A stretch of 64,000 nucleotides of DNA, from contig JAPKGW010000001.1 of the NCBI GenBank assembly GCA_026647365.1, forward strand, positions 66,340 to 130,339, in the 5' to 3' direction. The DNA comes from Phycisphaerales bacterium. GTDB lineage: Bacteria; Planctomycetota; Phycisphaerae; Phycisphaerales; UBA5793. This document shows positions 20,301 through 30,472 of this stretch, one piece after another. A model generated the notes under the pieces. It saw only the letters and a program-made list of their open reading frames with translations. It did no database searches and was not told the origin of the DNA. The number at the start of each line of letters is the position of its first letter. Within the stretch, counting starts at the first letter, position 1. Both the position numbers and the translations under genes were made by a program.

Positions 20301-21197
20301 ATGGAGCAGCGACCATTCGGCCACACCGGGCTGAACGTCTCCGTCATCGGCTTCGGAGGCGCGGCCATCTGGCACGCACCGGGCGAGAAGGGCGGCGTCG
20401 GCGATGACGAAGTCGATGCCCTCCTCAATGCCATGCTCGACTCGGGCGTCACTCTCATCGACACCGCCGGCATGTACGGCCTCTCCGAGGAGCGCATCGG
20501 ACGCGCCATCGCCCATCGCCGCAGCGAGTTTGTCCTCTCCTCCAAGTGCGGCTTCGACCGCGATGAGAGCGAAGACTGGTCCGCCGAGGCGATCACCGCC
20601 GGAATCGACCGCTCGCTCAGATTCCTGAAGACCGACCGCATCGACATCATGCACCTGCACTCGTGCGACATGCAGGTGCTGCGCCAGGGCGAGGCGATCG
20701 CGGCCCTGCACAAGGCGGTGGAGACGGGCAAGGTGCGCTTCGCGGCCTACAGCGGCGACAACGAGGAGCTCCTCTGGGCCGTCGAGTCAGGTCACTTTGC
20801 AAGCATCCAGACCTCGCTGAACATCTGCGACCAGCGCTGCCTCGACCGCGCCCTGCCGCACTGCCATCTCAATGGCCTGGGGGTGATCGTCAAGCGGCCG
20901 CTCGCCAACGCCTTCTGGCGCTTCGCCGACCGGCCGCGCGGCGAATACTGCGAGGAATACTGGGTGCGGGCCAGGGCAATGAACCTCAGGCCCGATCCGC
21001 TGCCGTGGGACGAGTTCTTCCTGCGCTTTGCAGCGTTCCAGAGCGGCGTGTGCAGCATCATCATCGGCACGCGGCGCGTCGAGCACTTCCGCCGCAACGT
21101 CGAGTTGCTCCGCAAAGGCCCGCTCCCGCCCGAGCAGGTCGCCGCCCTGCGCGAGCTCTTCAAACGGCACGACCACGGGTGGACGGGGCAGATCTGA
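20301..21197 (+). CDS. aldo/keto reductase family oxidoreductase
   Basis: 298 aa. LNVSVIGFGG, IDTAGMYGLSEERIG, VLSSKCG and IDIMHLH are typical AKR blocks. GGGGAG lies upstream. Confidence 0.85.
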   Translation: MEQRPFGHTGLNVSVIGFGGAAIWHAPGEKGGVGDDEVDALLNAMLDSGVTLIDTAGMYGLSEERIGRAIAHRRSEFVLSSKCGFDRDESEDWSAEAITAGIDRSLRFLKTDRIDIMHLHSCDMQVLRQGEAIAALHKAVETGKVRFAAYSGDNEELLWAVESGHFASIQTSLNICDQRCLDRALPHCHLNGLGVIVKRPLANAFWRFADRPRGEYCEEYWVRARAMNLRPDPLPWDEFFLRFAAFQSGVCSIIIGTRRVEHFRRNVELLRKGPLPPEQVAALRELFKRHDHGWTGQI

Positions 21198-21316
21198 GGG
21201 TCAGCCGCGGCGACGGGATTGCAGCATGTTGCGCCCCTGTTGCGCGGAGGCGGGGCCTTCGAGCGTATATCTCCAGTGGCGGGCGGGAGTTTCGCCCTGC
21301 CGCAAGGAGATGAATC

Positions 21317-23680
21317 ATGTACATCGCCGCCCTGCGCCGCATTCGCCCGGTTTTCGGACTTCTGATGCTCGCCGGCCTCTTCGCCCCGGCCGCACGGGCC
21401 CAGGACCAGATCGAGATCATCATCCGCTCAAACCTCGGCCGGGCGACGCACGTCGTCATGCCGCAGACGCGGAGTTTCGCCATCGAGCGGCGCGGCGAGG
21501 CGGTCGTCGTCGAGAGAGTCGATGCGCTGGTTCGCATTCTCGATGCGACGGCGACGACGACGCTGGAAATTTCGCTCCGCAACGCTTCGTCGAGCCTCGC
21601 CGAAGCGGTGCTTCTTCTGCCCGTGCCCGACGGGGCCGTAGTCGGGTCGTTCCTCTTTGAGGGGGCATCGGCTGAGCCGACGGCACAGGTCATGCGGCGC
21701 GATGAAGCGCGGCGACTCTACGACGCCATCGTCGCCAGGGTCCGCGATCCGGCGCTGCTCGAGTTCGCCGGCTACAACCTGGTGCGCTCCAGCGTCTTCC
21801 CCGTCGAGGCGGGGGGAACGCAGAAGGTCCGTCTCAGCTATGAGCACCTTCTGCCCGTCGATGGAAGTCGCGTCGATTACATCCTGCCGCGCAGCGAATC
21901 GCTCGATCGGCGCACACCCTGGAGCGTGCGCGTCGATCTCCAGTGCAAGGAGCCGGTCTCGATGGTGTATTCGCCGAGCCACACGCTCGAAGCCGAGCGG
22001 CGCTCGCCGAACCATCTGAGCCTGCGCATCGCCGAGAGTTCACGCCTCGACCCCGGCTCCTTCCGCCTTTCGTACCTGCGCGAGGGCAAAGGCGTCACCG
22101 CTTCGCTCTATGCCTATCCGGACCCGAAGATCGAGGGGGGGTACTTTCTTCTCGTGGCGGGGCTGCCCGCCGATCCGGTGAAGGTCCGCGATGCGAACAT
22201 CGCGGCTCGCGCGGTCAGGCGCGAGGTCACGCTCGTCATCGACCGCAGCGGGAGCATGGCGGGGGTCAAGATGGACCAGGCGAAGGCCGCCGCGCTCCAG
22301 GTTCTCGAAGGCCTCGACGAGGGCGAAGCGTTCAACATCATCGATTTTTCCACCGCGGTCTCGATGTTCTCGAGCAGGCCGGTGGAGAAGAACGAGAGGA
22401 GCACCGCCGCCGCCCGCACGTATCTCGACGCGATCCGCTCCGGCGGCGGGACGAACATTCACGATGCGCTGCTCGAAGCGCTCAAGGCACATCAGTCCAC
22501 CGAGGGCCGCCTGCCGCTCGTGCTCTTTCTGACCGACGGCCTGCCGACCGTGGGGCGCACGTCTGAGGTGGACATCCGCCAACTGGTGGAGAAGGGCAAT
22601 CCGCAGGGCCGCCGCATCTTCACGTTCGGCGTGGGCCACGATGTCAACGTGCCGCTGCTCGATCGCCTCTCCGACGCGACGCGGGCGGTATCGGTGTACG
22701 TGCAGCCGGAGGAGGATGTGGAACTGAAGGTCGCGCAGACCTTCCGGCGCCTGTCCGGGCCGGTTTTCGCCGACGCCTCGCTCAACACGATTGACCAAGC
22801 AGGCGAGATCACCACGGGCGCCGCGGTGAGCGATTTGATTCCCGCCGCCCTGCCTGATCTCTTTGACGGCGATCAACTCGTGGTCCTCGGGCAGTACCGA
22901 AGCGCCGGCGGCGAGGGCGGCAGGACGCCGATCCGCTTCCGTCTCAGCGGCGAGTTTCTCGGCGAGTCGAGGGTCTTTGAGTTTGAGTTCGACCTTGACG
23001 CGGCGACGACGCGCAACGCCTTTGTGCCGCGGCTGTGGGCGAGCCGGCGCATCGCCTACCTCGTCGATCAGATCCGCCAGGCAGGGGCGTCGTCGGCCGC
23101 ATCGCCGCACGTCGCCAATGCGCCGATCTTCGACGATCCGCGCTACCGCGAACTCGCCGAGGAGATTCTGCGACTCTCGACGGAGTTCGGCATTCTGACG
23201 GAGTACACCGCATTCCTCGCCACGGAGGGAACGAATCTCTCCGACTGGAGCAACCTCCAGGCGACGTGCAACAGCATCCTCGACGTCCGGGCCGTGCAGC
23301 AGCGCTGGGGCATGGGCGCCGTCAACCAGGGCGTCAACTTCAACGAGCAGAAGGTCCAGGCCAAACTGAACTACGACAATCGATTCGTCGACGACAAACT
23401 CAACCGGGTTGAGATCGCTTCGGTTCAGCAGGTCTGCGACCGGGCCTTTTTCAAGCGCGGCGCGCAGTGGATCGACTCGCAACTCATCACCGCCGGCGAG
23501 AAGCAGGCTGCCCCGATTGCTCCGGACGAGACGATCGAGTTCGGCAGCGCCGAGCACATCGCCATCCTTCACCGCCTCATCGAGCAGAACCGCCAGGGCG
23601 TGCTCTCGCTTGACGGCGACATCATGCTCCGTTTCGAGGGGCGCAACATCCTTGTTCGAAACACTCCACCTTCACCGTGA
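21317..23680 (+). CDS. secreted VIT-domain plus vWA-domain protein
   Basis: 787 aa with a signal peptide ending AARAQ. The N-terminal VIT-like region (DATATTTLEISLRN..LLLPVPDGAVV) is followed by a vWA MIDAS motif (VTLVIDRSGSM..GGGTNIHDAL..LTDGLPT). AAGGAG RBS. Confidence 0.85.
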   Translation: MYIAALRRIRPVFGLLMLAGLFAPAARAQDQIEIIIRSNLGRATHVVMPQTRSFAIERRGEAVVVERVDALVRILDATATTTLEISLRNASSSLAEAVLLLPVPDGAVVGSFLFEGASAEPTAQVMRRDEARRLYDAIVARVRDPALLEFAGYNLVRSSVFPVEAGGTQKVRLSYEHLLPVDGSRVDYILPRSESLDRRTPWSVRVDLQCKEPVSMVYSPSHTLEAERRSPNHLSLRIAESSRLDPGSFRLSYLREGKGVTASLYAYPDPKIEGGYFLLVAGLPADPVKVRDANIAARAVRREVTLVIDRSGSMAGVKMDQAKAAALQVLEGLDEGEAFNIIDFSTAVSMFSSRPVEKNERSTAAARTYLDAIRSGGGTNIHDALLEALKAHQSTEGRLPLVLFLTDGLPTVGRTSEVDIRQLVEKGNPQGRRIFTFGVGHDVNVPLLDRLSDATRAVSVYVQPEEDVELKVAQTFRRLSGPVFADASLNTIDQAGEITTGAAVSDLIPAALPDLFDGDQLVVLGQYRSAGGEGGRTPIRFRLSGEFLGESRVFEFEFDLDAATTRNAFVPRLWASRRIAYLVDQIRQAGASSAASPHVANAPIFDDPRYRELAEEILRLSTEFGILTEYTAFLATEGTNLSDWSNLQATCNSILDVRAVQQRWGMGAVNQGVNFNEQKVQAKLNYDNRFVDDKLNRVEIASVQQVCDRAFFKRGAQWIDSQLITAGEKQAAPIAPDETIEFGSAEHIAILHRLIEQNRQGVLSLDGDIMLRFEGRNILVRNTPPSP

Positions 23681-23725
23681 TTCGGATCACGTTTCCGACA
23701 CAATTCACCAAGCAGGGAGATCATC

Positions 23726-25237
23726 ATGCAACTTCTCAAGTCTTCGACATTGGCCGCCCTTTCAATCGGCACACTTGCGGCAATGGCCGCTGCGCCGCCC
23801 GCAGCGCCGTTCAGGGCACCGGTGATGCGACCGATGAGCGCGGTCTGCCCGGAGCTTTTCTCCTGGCCGCCGACCATGCGGATCACCCCCGCCGAGGCGC
23901 GGCGAACCGTCGAACTGGCCATCTGCCTCGACACGAGCGGGAGCATGGACGGCCTGATCGAAGCGGCGAAACTCAAACTCTGGGACATCGTCAACGACCT
24001 CGCCCTCGCCACCCCCACGCCGCGCCTGCGCGTGGCCCTGCTGACCTTCGGCAACGACGGGCACCTCGCCGAGGACGGCTGGGTTCGCGTCGATTCGCCC
24101 CTCACCGAAGACCTCGACGAGATCTCTCGCCAACTCTTTGCACTGCGCACCAACGGCGGGACGGAGTACGTCGGCCGCGTCCTGCGCGAAGCGGGCGAGC
24201 AACTCGAATGGACGCCCTCGGACAGCACGCTCAAACTCGTCGTCGTCGCCGGCAACGAGAGCGCCGACCAGGACCAGACCTTCCGCTACGCCGATGTGTG
24301 CAAGGGCCTGATCTCGCGCGGCATCATGGTCAACGCGATCTACTGCGGCAACCCGGCCGACGAGATCGCGCCGGCGTGGCGCGAGGTGGCGCTCCTCGCC
24401 GACGGCCACTACGCGGCGATTGACCACAACAACGGGAACATCGTGATCGCCTCTCCCTTCGACGACAAACTCGCCGAACTGAGCAGCACCATCAACCGGA
24501 CTTACCTCGCCTACGGCGAGAAGGGCGCCTGGGGCGCGACCAACCAGGCGCAGCAGGACGCCAATGCGCAGACCCTCAGTTCCGCCGTCGTCGCTGCCCG
24601 CTGCCAGTCCAAGGGCAGCGCACTCTACTCGAACGAACACTGGGACCTCGTCGATGCGTGCCGGAGCGCCGCGTTCAAACTCGCCGACGTGAAGGATGAA
24701 GACCTGCCCGAGTCGATGCGCGGCAAGACGCTCGAGCAGAAGCAGGCCATCGTCGCCGACATGGCCGCGCAGCGCGAGGCGATCCAGAAGGAGATCGCCG
24801 ACTTCAGCGCCAGACGCCAGGCGTACGTCAACGAGGAGTTGAAGAAGCACCAGTCCGAAGAGGATCGATCGTTCGACACGGCCCTGCGCAAGGCGATCCG
24901 TGCGCAGGCGATGAGCAAGGGCTTCGAGTTCAAGGTCGAGCCGCTGACCAGCAGGCCGCTCGCGCAGACCGCATTCGTCCAGCGCGGCGACTGGTGGGTC
25001 GATGCCTCGTACGCGGACGAGTACGATGCGCTCGTCGCGAAGATTAAGCAGCCGACGTTCGACGAAACGATCCCCAACACGCCCGAAGGGCGCGAAGCGC
25101 TGCTGGCGCGGCTCAGTGAGTCCCAGCGGAAGGCTGCGCAGGCCATCATCGATCAGATGCTGATGCTGAGTTACTGGGGCGGAGGCTTGATCGTGCGCCT
25201 CGATGGAAAACTGGTCTGCCTCACGTTTGACTGTTGA
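23726..25237 (+). CDS. secreted vWA-domain protein
   Basis: 503 aa with a signal peptide. The MIDAS motif is LAICLDTSGSMDGLIEAAK..GGTEYVG..VVAGNESADQD. Confidence 0.8.
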   Translation: MQLLKSSTLAALSIGTLAAMAAAPPAAPFRAPVMRPMSAVCPELFSWPPTMRITPAEARRTVELAICLDTSGSMDGLIEAAKLKLWDIVNDLALATPTPRLRVALLTFGNDGHLAEDGWVRVDSPLTEDLDEISRQLFALRTNGGTEYVGRVLREAGEQLEWTPSDSTLKLVVVAGNESADQDQTFRYADVCKGLISRGIMVNAIYCGNPADEIAPAWREVALLADGHYAAIDHNNGNIVIASPFDDKLAELSSTINRTYLAYGEKGAWGATNQAQQDANAQTLSSAVVAARCQSKGSALYSNEHWDLVDACRSAAFKLADVKDEDLPESMRGKTLEQKQAIVADMAAQREAIQKEIADFSARRQAYVNEELKKHQSEEDRSFDTALRKAIRAQAMSKGFEFKVEPLTSRPLAQTAFVQRGDWWVDASYADEYDALVAKIKQPTFDETIPNTPEGREALLARLSESQRKAAQAIIDQMLMLSYWGGGLIVRLDGKLVCLTFDC

Positions 25238-25369
25238 GGGAAGGGGGAACAACGTCGAGTCCGTACCCCGCGCGCCGGCTGCGTCTGCACGTCCGGCGCG
25301 CTCCCCTGCGCAGAGCCTCCGGGTCGCGGCTGAACACGCTTCGACGCCTCCCCCACCCCGTATGATCCA

Positions 25370-26104
25370 ATGTCCCCTGGAGTCCGACACGTGTCCCAAC
25401 CCACGGTGCTGGTGATCGAAGACGACACGCCCATTCGGCGCGGCCTCGTCGATGCGCTCCAGTTCGCCGGGTACGCCGTGCTCGAAGCCGCCGACGGACG
25501 CCGCGGCGCGGTCCTGGCGATCGAGGCGACGATCGACCTTGTTCTGCTCGACGTCATGCTGCCGGGGCGCGACGGCTTCAGCATCCTCGACGAGTTGCGG
25601 CGCAGCCGGCCCACGCTGCCGGTCATCATGGTCACGGCGCGCGGCGGCGAGGATGACCGCGTGCGCGGCCTGGTCAACGGCGCGGATGACTACATCATCA
25701 AGCCCTTCAGCGCCCGCGAGCTGCTCGCGCGCGTCGAGGCGGTGCTGCGGCGCAGCCCCGAGCGGCCAAGCGACGTGCGGTCGATTCGCCTCGGCAACAC
25801 CATCGTGCGCCTCGATCGCGGGGAGATCGTCGAAGGCGGCGCCGCTCGATCCACTCTCTCGCAGCGCGAGTGCGGCATTCTGCGCTACCTCGCCGCCAAT
25901 GCCGGCCGGGCGATCGCGCGCGATGAACTCCTCCACCGCGTCTGGGGCATCGACCCGCGCGGCGTCGAGACGCGCACCGTCGACATGCACGTCGCCCGCC
26001 TGCGCGACAAGCTCGCCGGCAACGGCCGCGAGGCGGAGATGATCCAGACCGTGCGAGGCAAGGGCTACATGCTCGCCGCCGAGGTGGAGGTCGATCCCGC
26101 ATGA
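25370..26104 (+). CDS. OmpR-family response regulator
   Basis: The receiver domain shows VLVIEDD, LVLLDVMLPGRDG and DDYIIKPF. The C-terminal winged helix shows VDMHVARLRDKL and TVRGKGY. GTG 25391 is a possible alternative start. Confidence 0.92.
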   Translation: MSPGVRHVSQPTVLVIEDDTPIRRGLVDALQFAGYAVLEAADGRRGAVLAIEATIDLVLLDVMLPGRDGFSILDELRRSRPTLPVIMVTARGGEDDRVRGLVNGADDYIIKPFSARELLARVEAVLRRSPERPSDVRSIRLGNTIVRLDRGEIVEGGAARSTLSQRECGILRYLAANAGRAIARDELLHRVWGIDPRGVETRTVDMHVARLRDKLAGNGREAEMIQTVRGKGYMLAAEVEVDPA

Positions 26105-27981
26105 CCGGCCGCCGCAGCACTTGGTGGAAGTGGTTCGCCCTCGGCGCGGCGCTGGTCATCGTCGCGCTCGCATGGGTGACGTCGGCCGTGCTCGATCTCG
26201 AACGATCGGAGTGGGCCGCCCGCGCCGACGCCCGGCGGCAGGAAGTGCTGCGCCTGGCGCTGTGGCGAATGGACTCGTGGCTGGCGCCGCGCCTGGCGCG
26301 CGAGTCGGCCCGCCCCTACTTCGAATACCTCTCCTACTTCCCCCAGGAACGTGCCTACACGCGCATGCTCACGCCGATTGAAGAGGGCGCGATCCTCACT
26401 CCATCGCCTCTGCTCACATTCCGCGAGCCGTTCATCACGCTGCACTTCCAGATCGATGAGTCGGGGCGCCTCAGTTCGCCGCAGGTTCCCACGAGCAACC
26501 ACCGCGACCTCGCCGAATCGACGGTGCTCAGCGCCGCGACGATTGTCGGCTGCAACATGGTCCTCGAGCGCGTTGAGGCGCTGATCGATGTGGAGGCGAT
26601 CAGGGCGCAGGTGGCCCGGGCCGAGCAGCGCCTGGCCATGACGCCGCTCCCGCTCCCGCCGCAGCAGCAGGTTCGCCGGCAGCAGGAGATGCCCGGCGAC
26701 TACGAGAAGGCGCAGACGGCCTGGACGATGATCGAGCAGACCAAGCGCATGGCGCGAAACGCTGAGCAACTCGATGCGCCGCAGCAGCAGATGCTGATTC
26801 CCGATGAGAGCGGGCAGCAGGTCGACTTCCCGGCCCAGGGCGCCGACATCGCAGCCATCCGACCGGACGCAGTTCAGGTCGGTCCCTTCGTCCCCCTGTG
26901 GGTGGTTAGCGGCGGCGAACAGGCGGAACTCGTCTATCTTCGCCAGATCCGCATCGGCAAAAGTCATCGATTGCAGGGATTTCTCGTCGACTGGTCGCGG
27001 CTGCGCGAGACGCTCATCGAGGAAGTGTCGGACCTCATGCCTGGAGCAGACCTCGTGCCGCGCCTCGACGAGGCGGAGGGGAACGGCTCGGCCGCGTCGA
27101 TCAACCTCGCGACTGTTCCCGCGTGCGTGAGGGGATTGCCGCCTTTGATTGCATCGATCAGGGGCATGACGCCGACGCGCCTGGCGCTTCTCATCGTCTG
27201 GGGCGTCGTGGTTGTCGCGCTGGGGGCGGGGGGCATGATGCTCCACGCGAGCCTTCTGTACGGCCGGCGTCGCAGCGACTTCGCCTCCGCCGTCACGCAC
27301 GAGTTGCGCACTCCGCTCACGACGTTCCGCCTCTACTCGGAGATGCTCGCCGACGACATGATTCCCGAGCCGGCCCGGCGGCGCGAGTACCTGGAAACAC
27401 TGCGAACGGAGTCGTCGCGCCTGGCGCGCCTTGTCGAAAACGTGTTGGCGTACGCGCGCCTTGAGGAAGGCCGGCAGCACACCGCGCCCAGGCGCGTGGC
27501 CGTCCGCGACCTGATCGACGACGTGCGGCCCGCCCTGGAGCGTCAGGCGGCGGACCACGGCATGTTCCTGCGCATCGATAATCCGCTCGACTCCGGCGAG
27601 TGCGTCTGCGTCGATCGCGACAGCGTCGGCAGAATCCTCACCAACCTCGTGGACAACGCGTGCAAGTATGCCGGCGCCGCGGCGGACAGGTCGATCGACC
27701 TCGGCCTGAGCCGTGTCGGCGGCCATGTGCATGTGGCGGTGCGCGACCACGGGCCGGGCGTGGCGCCCGATGCGGCCAGGACGCTCTTCGCCCCCTTCCG
27801 GCGCGGGCGCAGCGCGTCAAGAGAGGCGGCGTCAGGCGTCGGCCTGGGCCTGGCGCTGTGCCGCGCGCTGGCACGCGACATGGGAGGCGACCTGCGCCTC
27901 GCCGCCCTTCCCCCCGGTCAGAGCGGCGCGTGCTTCATCTTCGAACTGCCCGTCGACGCGCGCGGCTGCGATCGGGCCTGA
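26101..27981 (+). CDS. membrane sensor histidine kinase (HisKA + HATPase_c), cognate of the upstream regulator
   Basis: It has two TM segments, an H-box FASAVTHELRTPLT, an N-box NLVDNACKY and a G-box GVGLGLALCRALA. The ATG overlaps the regulator stop (ATGA). Confidence 0.92.
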   Translation: MTGRRSTWWKWFALGAALVIVALAWVTSAVLDLERSEWAARADARRQEVLRLALWRMDSWLAPRLARESARPYFEYLSYFPQERAYTRMLTPIEEGAILTPSPLLTFREPFITLHFQIDESGRLSSPQVPTSNHRDLAESTVLSAATIVGCNMVLERVEALIDVEAIRAQVARAEQRLAMTPLPLPPQQQVRRQQEMPGDYEKAQTAWTMIEQTKRMARNAEQLDAPQQQMLIPDESGQQVDFPAQGADIAAIRPDAVQVGPFVPLWVVSGGEQAELVYLRQIRIGKSHRLQGFLVDWSRLRETLIEEVSDLMPGADLVPRLDEAEGNGSAASINLATVPACVRGLPPLIASIRGMTPTRLALLIVWGVVVVALGAGGMMLHASLLYGRRRSDFASAVTHELRTPLTTFRLYSEMLADDMIPEPARRREYLETLRTESSRLARLVENVLAYARLEEGRQHTAPRRVAVRDLIDDVRPALERQAADHGMFLRIDNPLDSGECVCVDRDSVGRILTNLVDNACKYAGAAADRSIDLGLSRVGGHVHVAVRDHGPGVAPDAARTLFAPFRRGRSASREAASGVGLGLALCRALARDMGGDLRLAALPPGQSGACFIFELPVDARGCDRA

Positions 27982-28046
27982 CGGCCGCGATTGCCCGTGT
28001 GCTGCCCGAAGCCGCTGATCGTTGACGCGGCTCGCTACCATCGTCC

Positions 28047-29381
28047 ATGCCGCCGCCGGCCACCCTTCCGCCACCACCCTCGGTTCGCTCCATCGCCCCC
28101 GCCGCGCCTGACGCGGCAGCGGCCGGCGTCGCAGCGCTCGCCGCGGCTTCAGCCCCCTTTGCACCCGTCCAATACGCGGTCCCTCGCCTTGGAATGCTCG
28201 TGACGGCCCACGTCATCGTGGACTGTCTCGCGATGACGGTTGTGCCGCTGCTCACCGTCCTCGAAGGGCGCATCACGATCACTCAGCCGCAGGGAGCACT
28301 GCTTCTTGCCGTAGGCTCTCTGTGCAGCGGACTCATCCAGCCTGTAACAGCCGCGGTCAGCGATCGCTACAACACGCGCCTCTTTGGCCCGCTCGGCCTG
28401 CTGGCCGCCGCGCTGGCGCTCTCTCTCCTCGGCTTTGTCAACACCTACTCGCAGTTGCTTCTGCTGCAGGCGATATCGACGGCCGGCATCGGCGCGTTTC
28501 ACCCCGTTGGCGCGTCGGCGATGGGGCAGATCTCCGGCCGCCGCCGCTCCGTCGGCATCGCGGTCTTCTTCACCGGCGGAATGGTGGGCACGATGCTCGG
28601 GAGCCTTCTCGTGCCCGCGATGAACGAGGCATGGGGGCTGCGCTCGCTGCTGTGGTTCATCGTGCCCGGCGTCGTCGGAGGTTTGGCGCTGTGGATGGCG
28701 ATCGCCTCGATTCCCCACCGCCATGTCGAAGCGGGCAGCCGCGCCGCAGCCCTCTCGCCTGCCGAGGTCCAGCGCCGCTGGTGGTCGGTCGGCATCCTCT
28801 ATGCCGGCAACATTCTGCGCTTCACCGTCAATCAGGCGATCGTCGTACTCGTGGTGCGTTGGGCGGAGGCAGCGACGCTCAGCGCCGCCGGCTCGACCAC
28901 GCTCACGACCGCGCTGCGAGAATCGTCTTCGATCCTCAACGGCCGCATGCAGGCGGCAATGGCCGTCGGCATGGGAGTCGGCGGCCTGCTGGGCGGCACG
29001 CTCGTGCGGCCGGGGCGTGAGAAGCGCGTCCTCGTCGGCTCGGCGGTGATCGGCGTGCCGGCGATTGTGCTCTTTCCGCTTGCCGGGCCGTGGGCGGCGG
29101 TGGCGCTGGCGATCCTGGCCGGCGTGGGTTTCGCCTCGGCGACGCCCGTGTCGATCGCGGTGGCGCAGCGCCTGCTGCCGCACCGCACGAGTTTCGCCTC
29201 GAGCCTGATGATGGGAGGCGCGTGGGTCTTCGCGGCCAGCGGCCCGCTGCTGGCGCAGGGTTTCATCGCGGCGCTTGGACTCGCCGGCGCGTTCATTGCG
29301 ATCGCGGCGATGCTCGCCCTCTCCGGCGCCGCGTCTGTGCTCCTCTCCTCGCGCCTGCTCCGCGAGACGGCGGTTGAGTGA
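28047..29381 (+). CDS. MFS transporter
   Basis: 444 aa with about 12 hydrophobic segments and MFS-like loops (SDRYNTRLFGP, GRRRSVGIAVF). The true start may be the internal MLVTAHV. Confidence 0.8.
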   Translation: MPPPATLPPPPSVRSIAPAAPDAAAAGVAALAAASAPFAPVQYAVPRLGMLVTAHVIVDCLAMTVVPLLTVLEGRITITQPQGALLLAVGSLCSGLIQPVTAAVSDRYNTRLFGPLGLLAAALALSLLGFVNTYSQLLLLQAISTAGIGAFHPVGASAMGQISGRRRSVGIAVFFTGGMVGTMLGSLLVPAMNEAWGLRSLLWFIVPGVVGGLALWMAIASIPHRHVEAGSRAAALSPAEVQRRWWSVGILYAGNILRFTVNQAIVVLVVRWAEAATLSAAGSTTLTTALRESSSILNGRMQAAMAVGMGVGGLLGGTLVRPGREKRVLVGSAVIGVPAIVLFPLAGPWAAVALAILAGVGFASATPVSIAVAQRLLPHRTSFASSLMMGGAWVFAASGPLLAQGFIAALGLAGAFIAIAAMLALSGAASVLLSSRLLRETAVE

Positions 29382-29405
29382 GAAGTCTTCGCGCCGCTCC
29401 CGACC

Positions 29406-30472
29406 TTACTGCCCCGAGACCGTCACCTCGAGCACCGCCGACGTGTTCTGCGCCTCGGCTGCCTGGAGGTGCGCGAGGTCGAGGGGAAAGTCGTTGGGCA
29501 CAGTGAAAATCCTTGACGCGTCCCCGTTAGCGTCGGCCGTGCTCGATCCGATCAGCACGGCGGTGTCGATGTCCAGCGTCGCGTCGAGGGCGGGGATGTA
29601 CGTCGATCCGCAGCCGGTCGTCGAGCAATACCAGCGCACCAGGTTGCCCGGCCCCGCGCCCTTGACCGACAAGGTCAGGTACGTGCCGCGCATGATCGGC
29701 GTTGTCGTCGGCGAGATCGCCAGGGGCATCGACTGGTTGAGGTCCGTCCGCGCGACCCAGGTCTTGCGGCGTCGATTGGCCATCCCACCACATCAGATGG
29801 CTCCACATCACGCCCTCGAAGCCCTCCAGCGGATCCTCATCCACGGCGCTGGAGTCCGCCCAAGGCTCCGACGCGGAGGGCGAACCTGTGCTTTCTTTCA
29901 GTACGAGGGTCGCGCGCAACTCGCCCGCGTCGTCGTAGTGCTTGCGGATGGCGCGGCCGATGGACACGTGGTCGCTGGCCGACGTCGGGTTCCACGCGAT
30001 GGACGCGTTGCCGTCATCGTCCACGTGGATCGCGGGATAGAAGGGGCTGATTGAGGTGCCAGGATTGATCGTGCCGTACTGGACGAGTTCGGGACCGTTC
30101 TGGCTGACCGGCCAGCCGTTCATGTCGATCTCATACCAGCGCACCTTGGCTTTATTCGGCTCCTGGCCCGGGTTGCCGGGGCCGATGGATTGCGCCGCCC
30201 ACGCCGAGCCGTTGCGGTAGACGGGAAACTTGAAGTCCCAGTGGCGGGTCACTTCCGAGTTGGCGCCGGGCACATCAATCTTGATGGGCGCGTTCCGGAG
30301 AGAAGTAAAGGTACACGACCGCGCGGGGGAACATCCCTTCAGCCTGAGCGCGCATGGGGCCGGGGCACGATCCTTCGAGGGTCGGCACCGGTTGCGCCAA
30401 CGCCGGCCCGGCCCAAAGCACCGCCGCACCCAAGCCCCACAGGGCAAGCCCGACGCATCGTCTCGCACTCAT
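29406..30472 (-). pseudogene. secreted-protein gene interrupted by two +1 frameshifts
   Basis: Three consecutive minus-strand frames each carry one protein-like part. Frame 1 runs from ATG 30472 (signal peptide MSARRCVGLALWGLGAAVLWAGPALAQ..AVVYLYFS) to a stop at 30275. Frame 2 reads NAPIKIDVPG..VRWYEIDMNGWP..IHVDDDGNASIAW..VMWSHLMWWDG. Frame 3 (29783..29406) reads RRKTWVARTD..GCGSTYIPALDATLDID..LEVTVSGQ. The shifts fall at about 30290..30305 and 29765..29792. Confidence 0.7.

Noticed and set aside
16185-20711. Full 1508-aa version of the HrpA ORF. Similar N-terminal extensions occur at 12246..14249, 42618..45116, 45312..45938, 45793..46863, 52013..53380 and 53763..55655.
   Set aside because: The extensions are open by chance in GC-rich DNA and cross promoters, tRNAs or neighbouring genes. 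The internal starts give canonical N-termini and lengths.
23762-25990. 742-aa ORF on the minus strand
   Set aside because: It is antisense to the vWA protein (DTSGSM MIDAS motif) and the OmpR-type regulator. The composition is low-complexity and no signatures are present.
26065-27750. 561-aa minus-strand ORF. The same applies to 22040..23572(-), 40381..41511(+), 50113..51345(-), 53649..55094(+), 31228..32286(+), 35234..36385(-) and 36382..37704(-).
   Set aside because: All lie antisense to genes with strong family motifs and have Arg/Gly/Asp-rich, motif-free translations.
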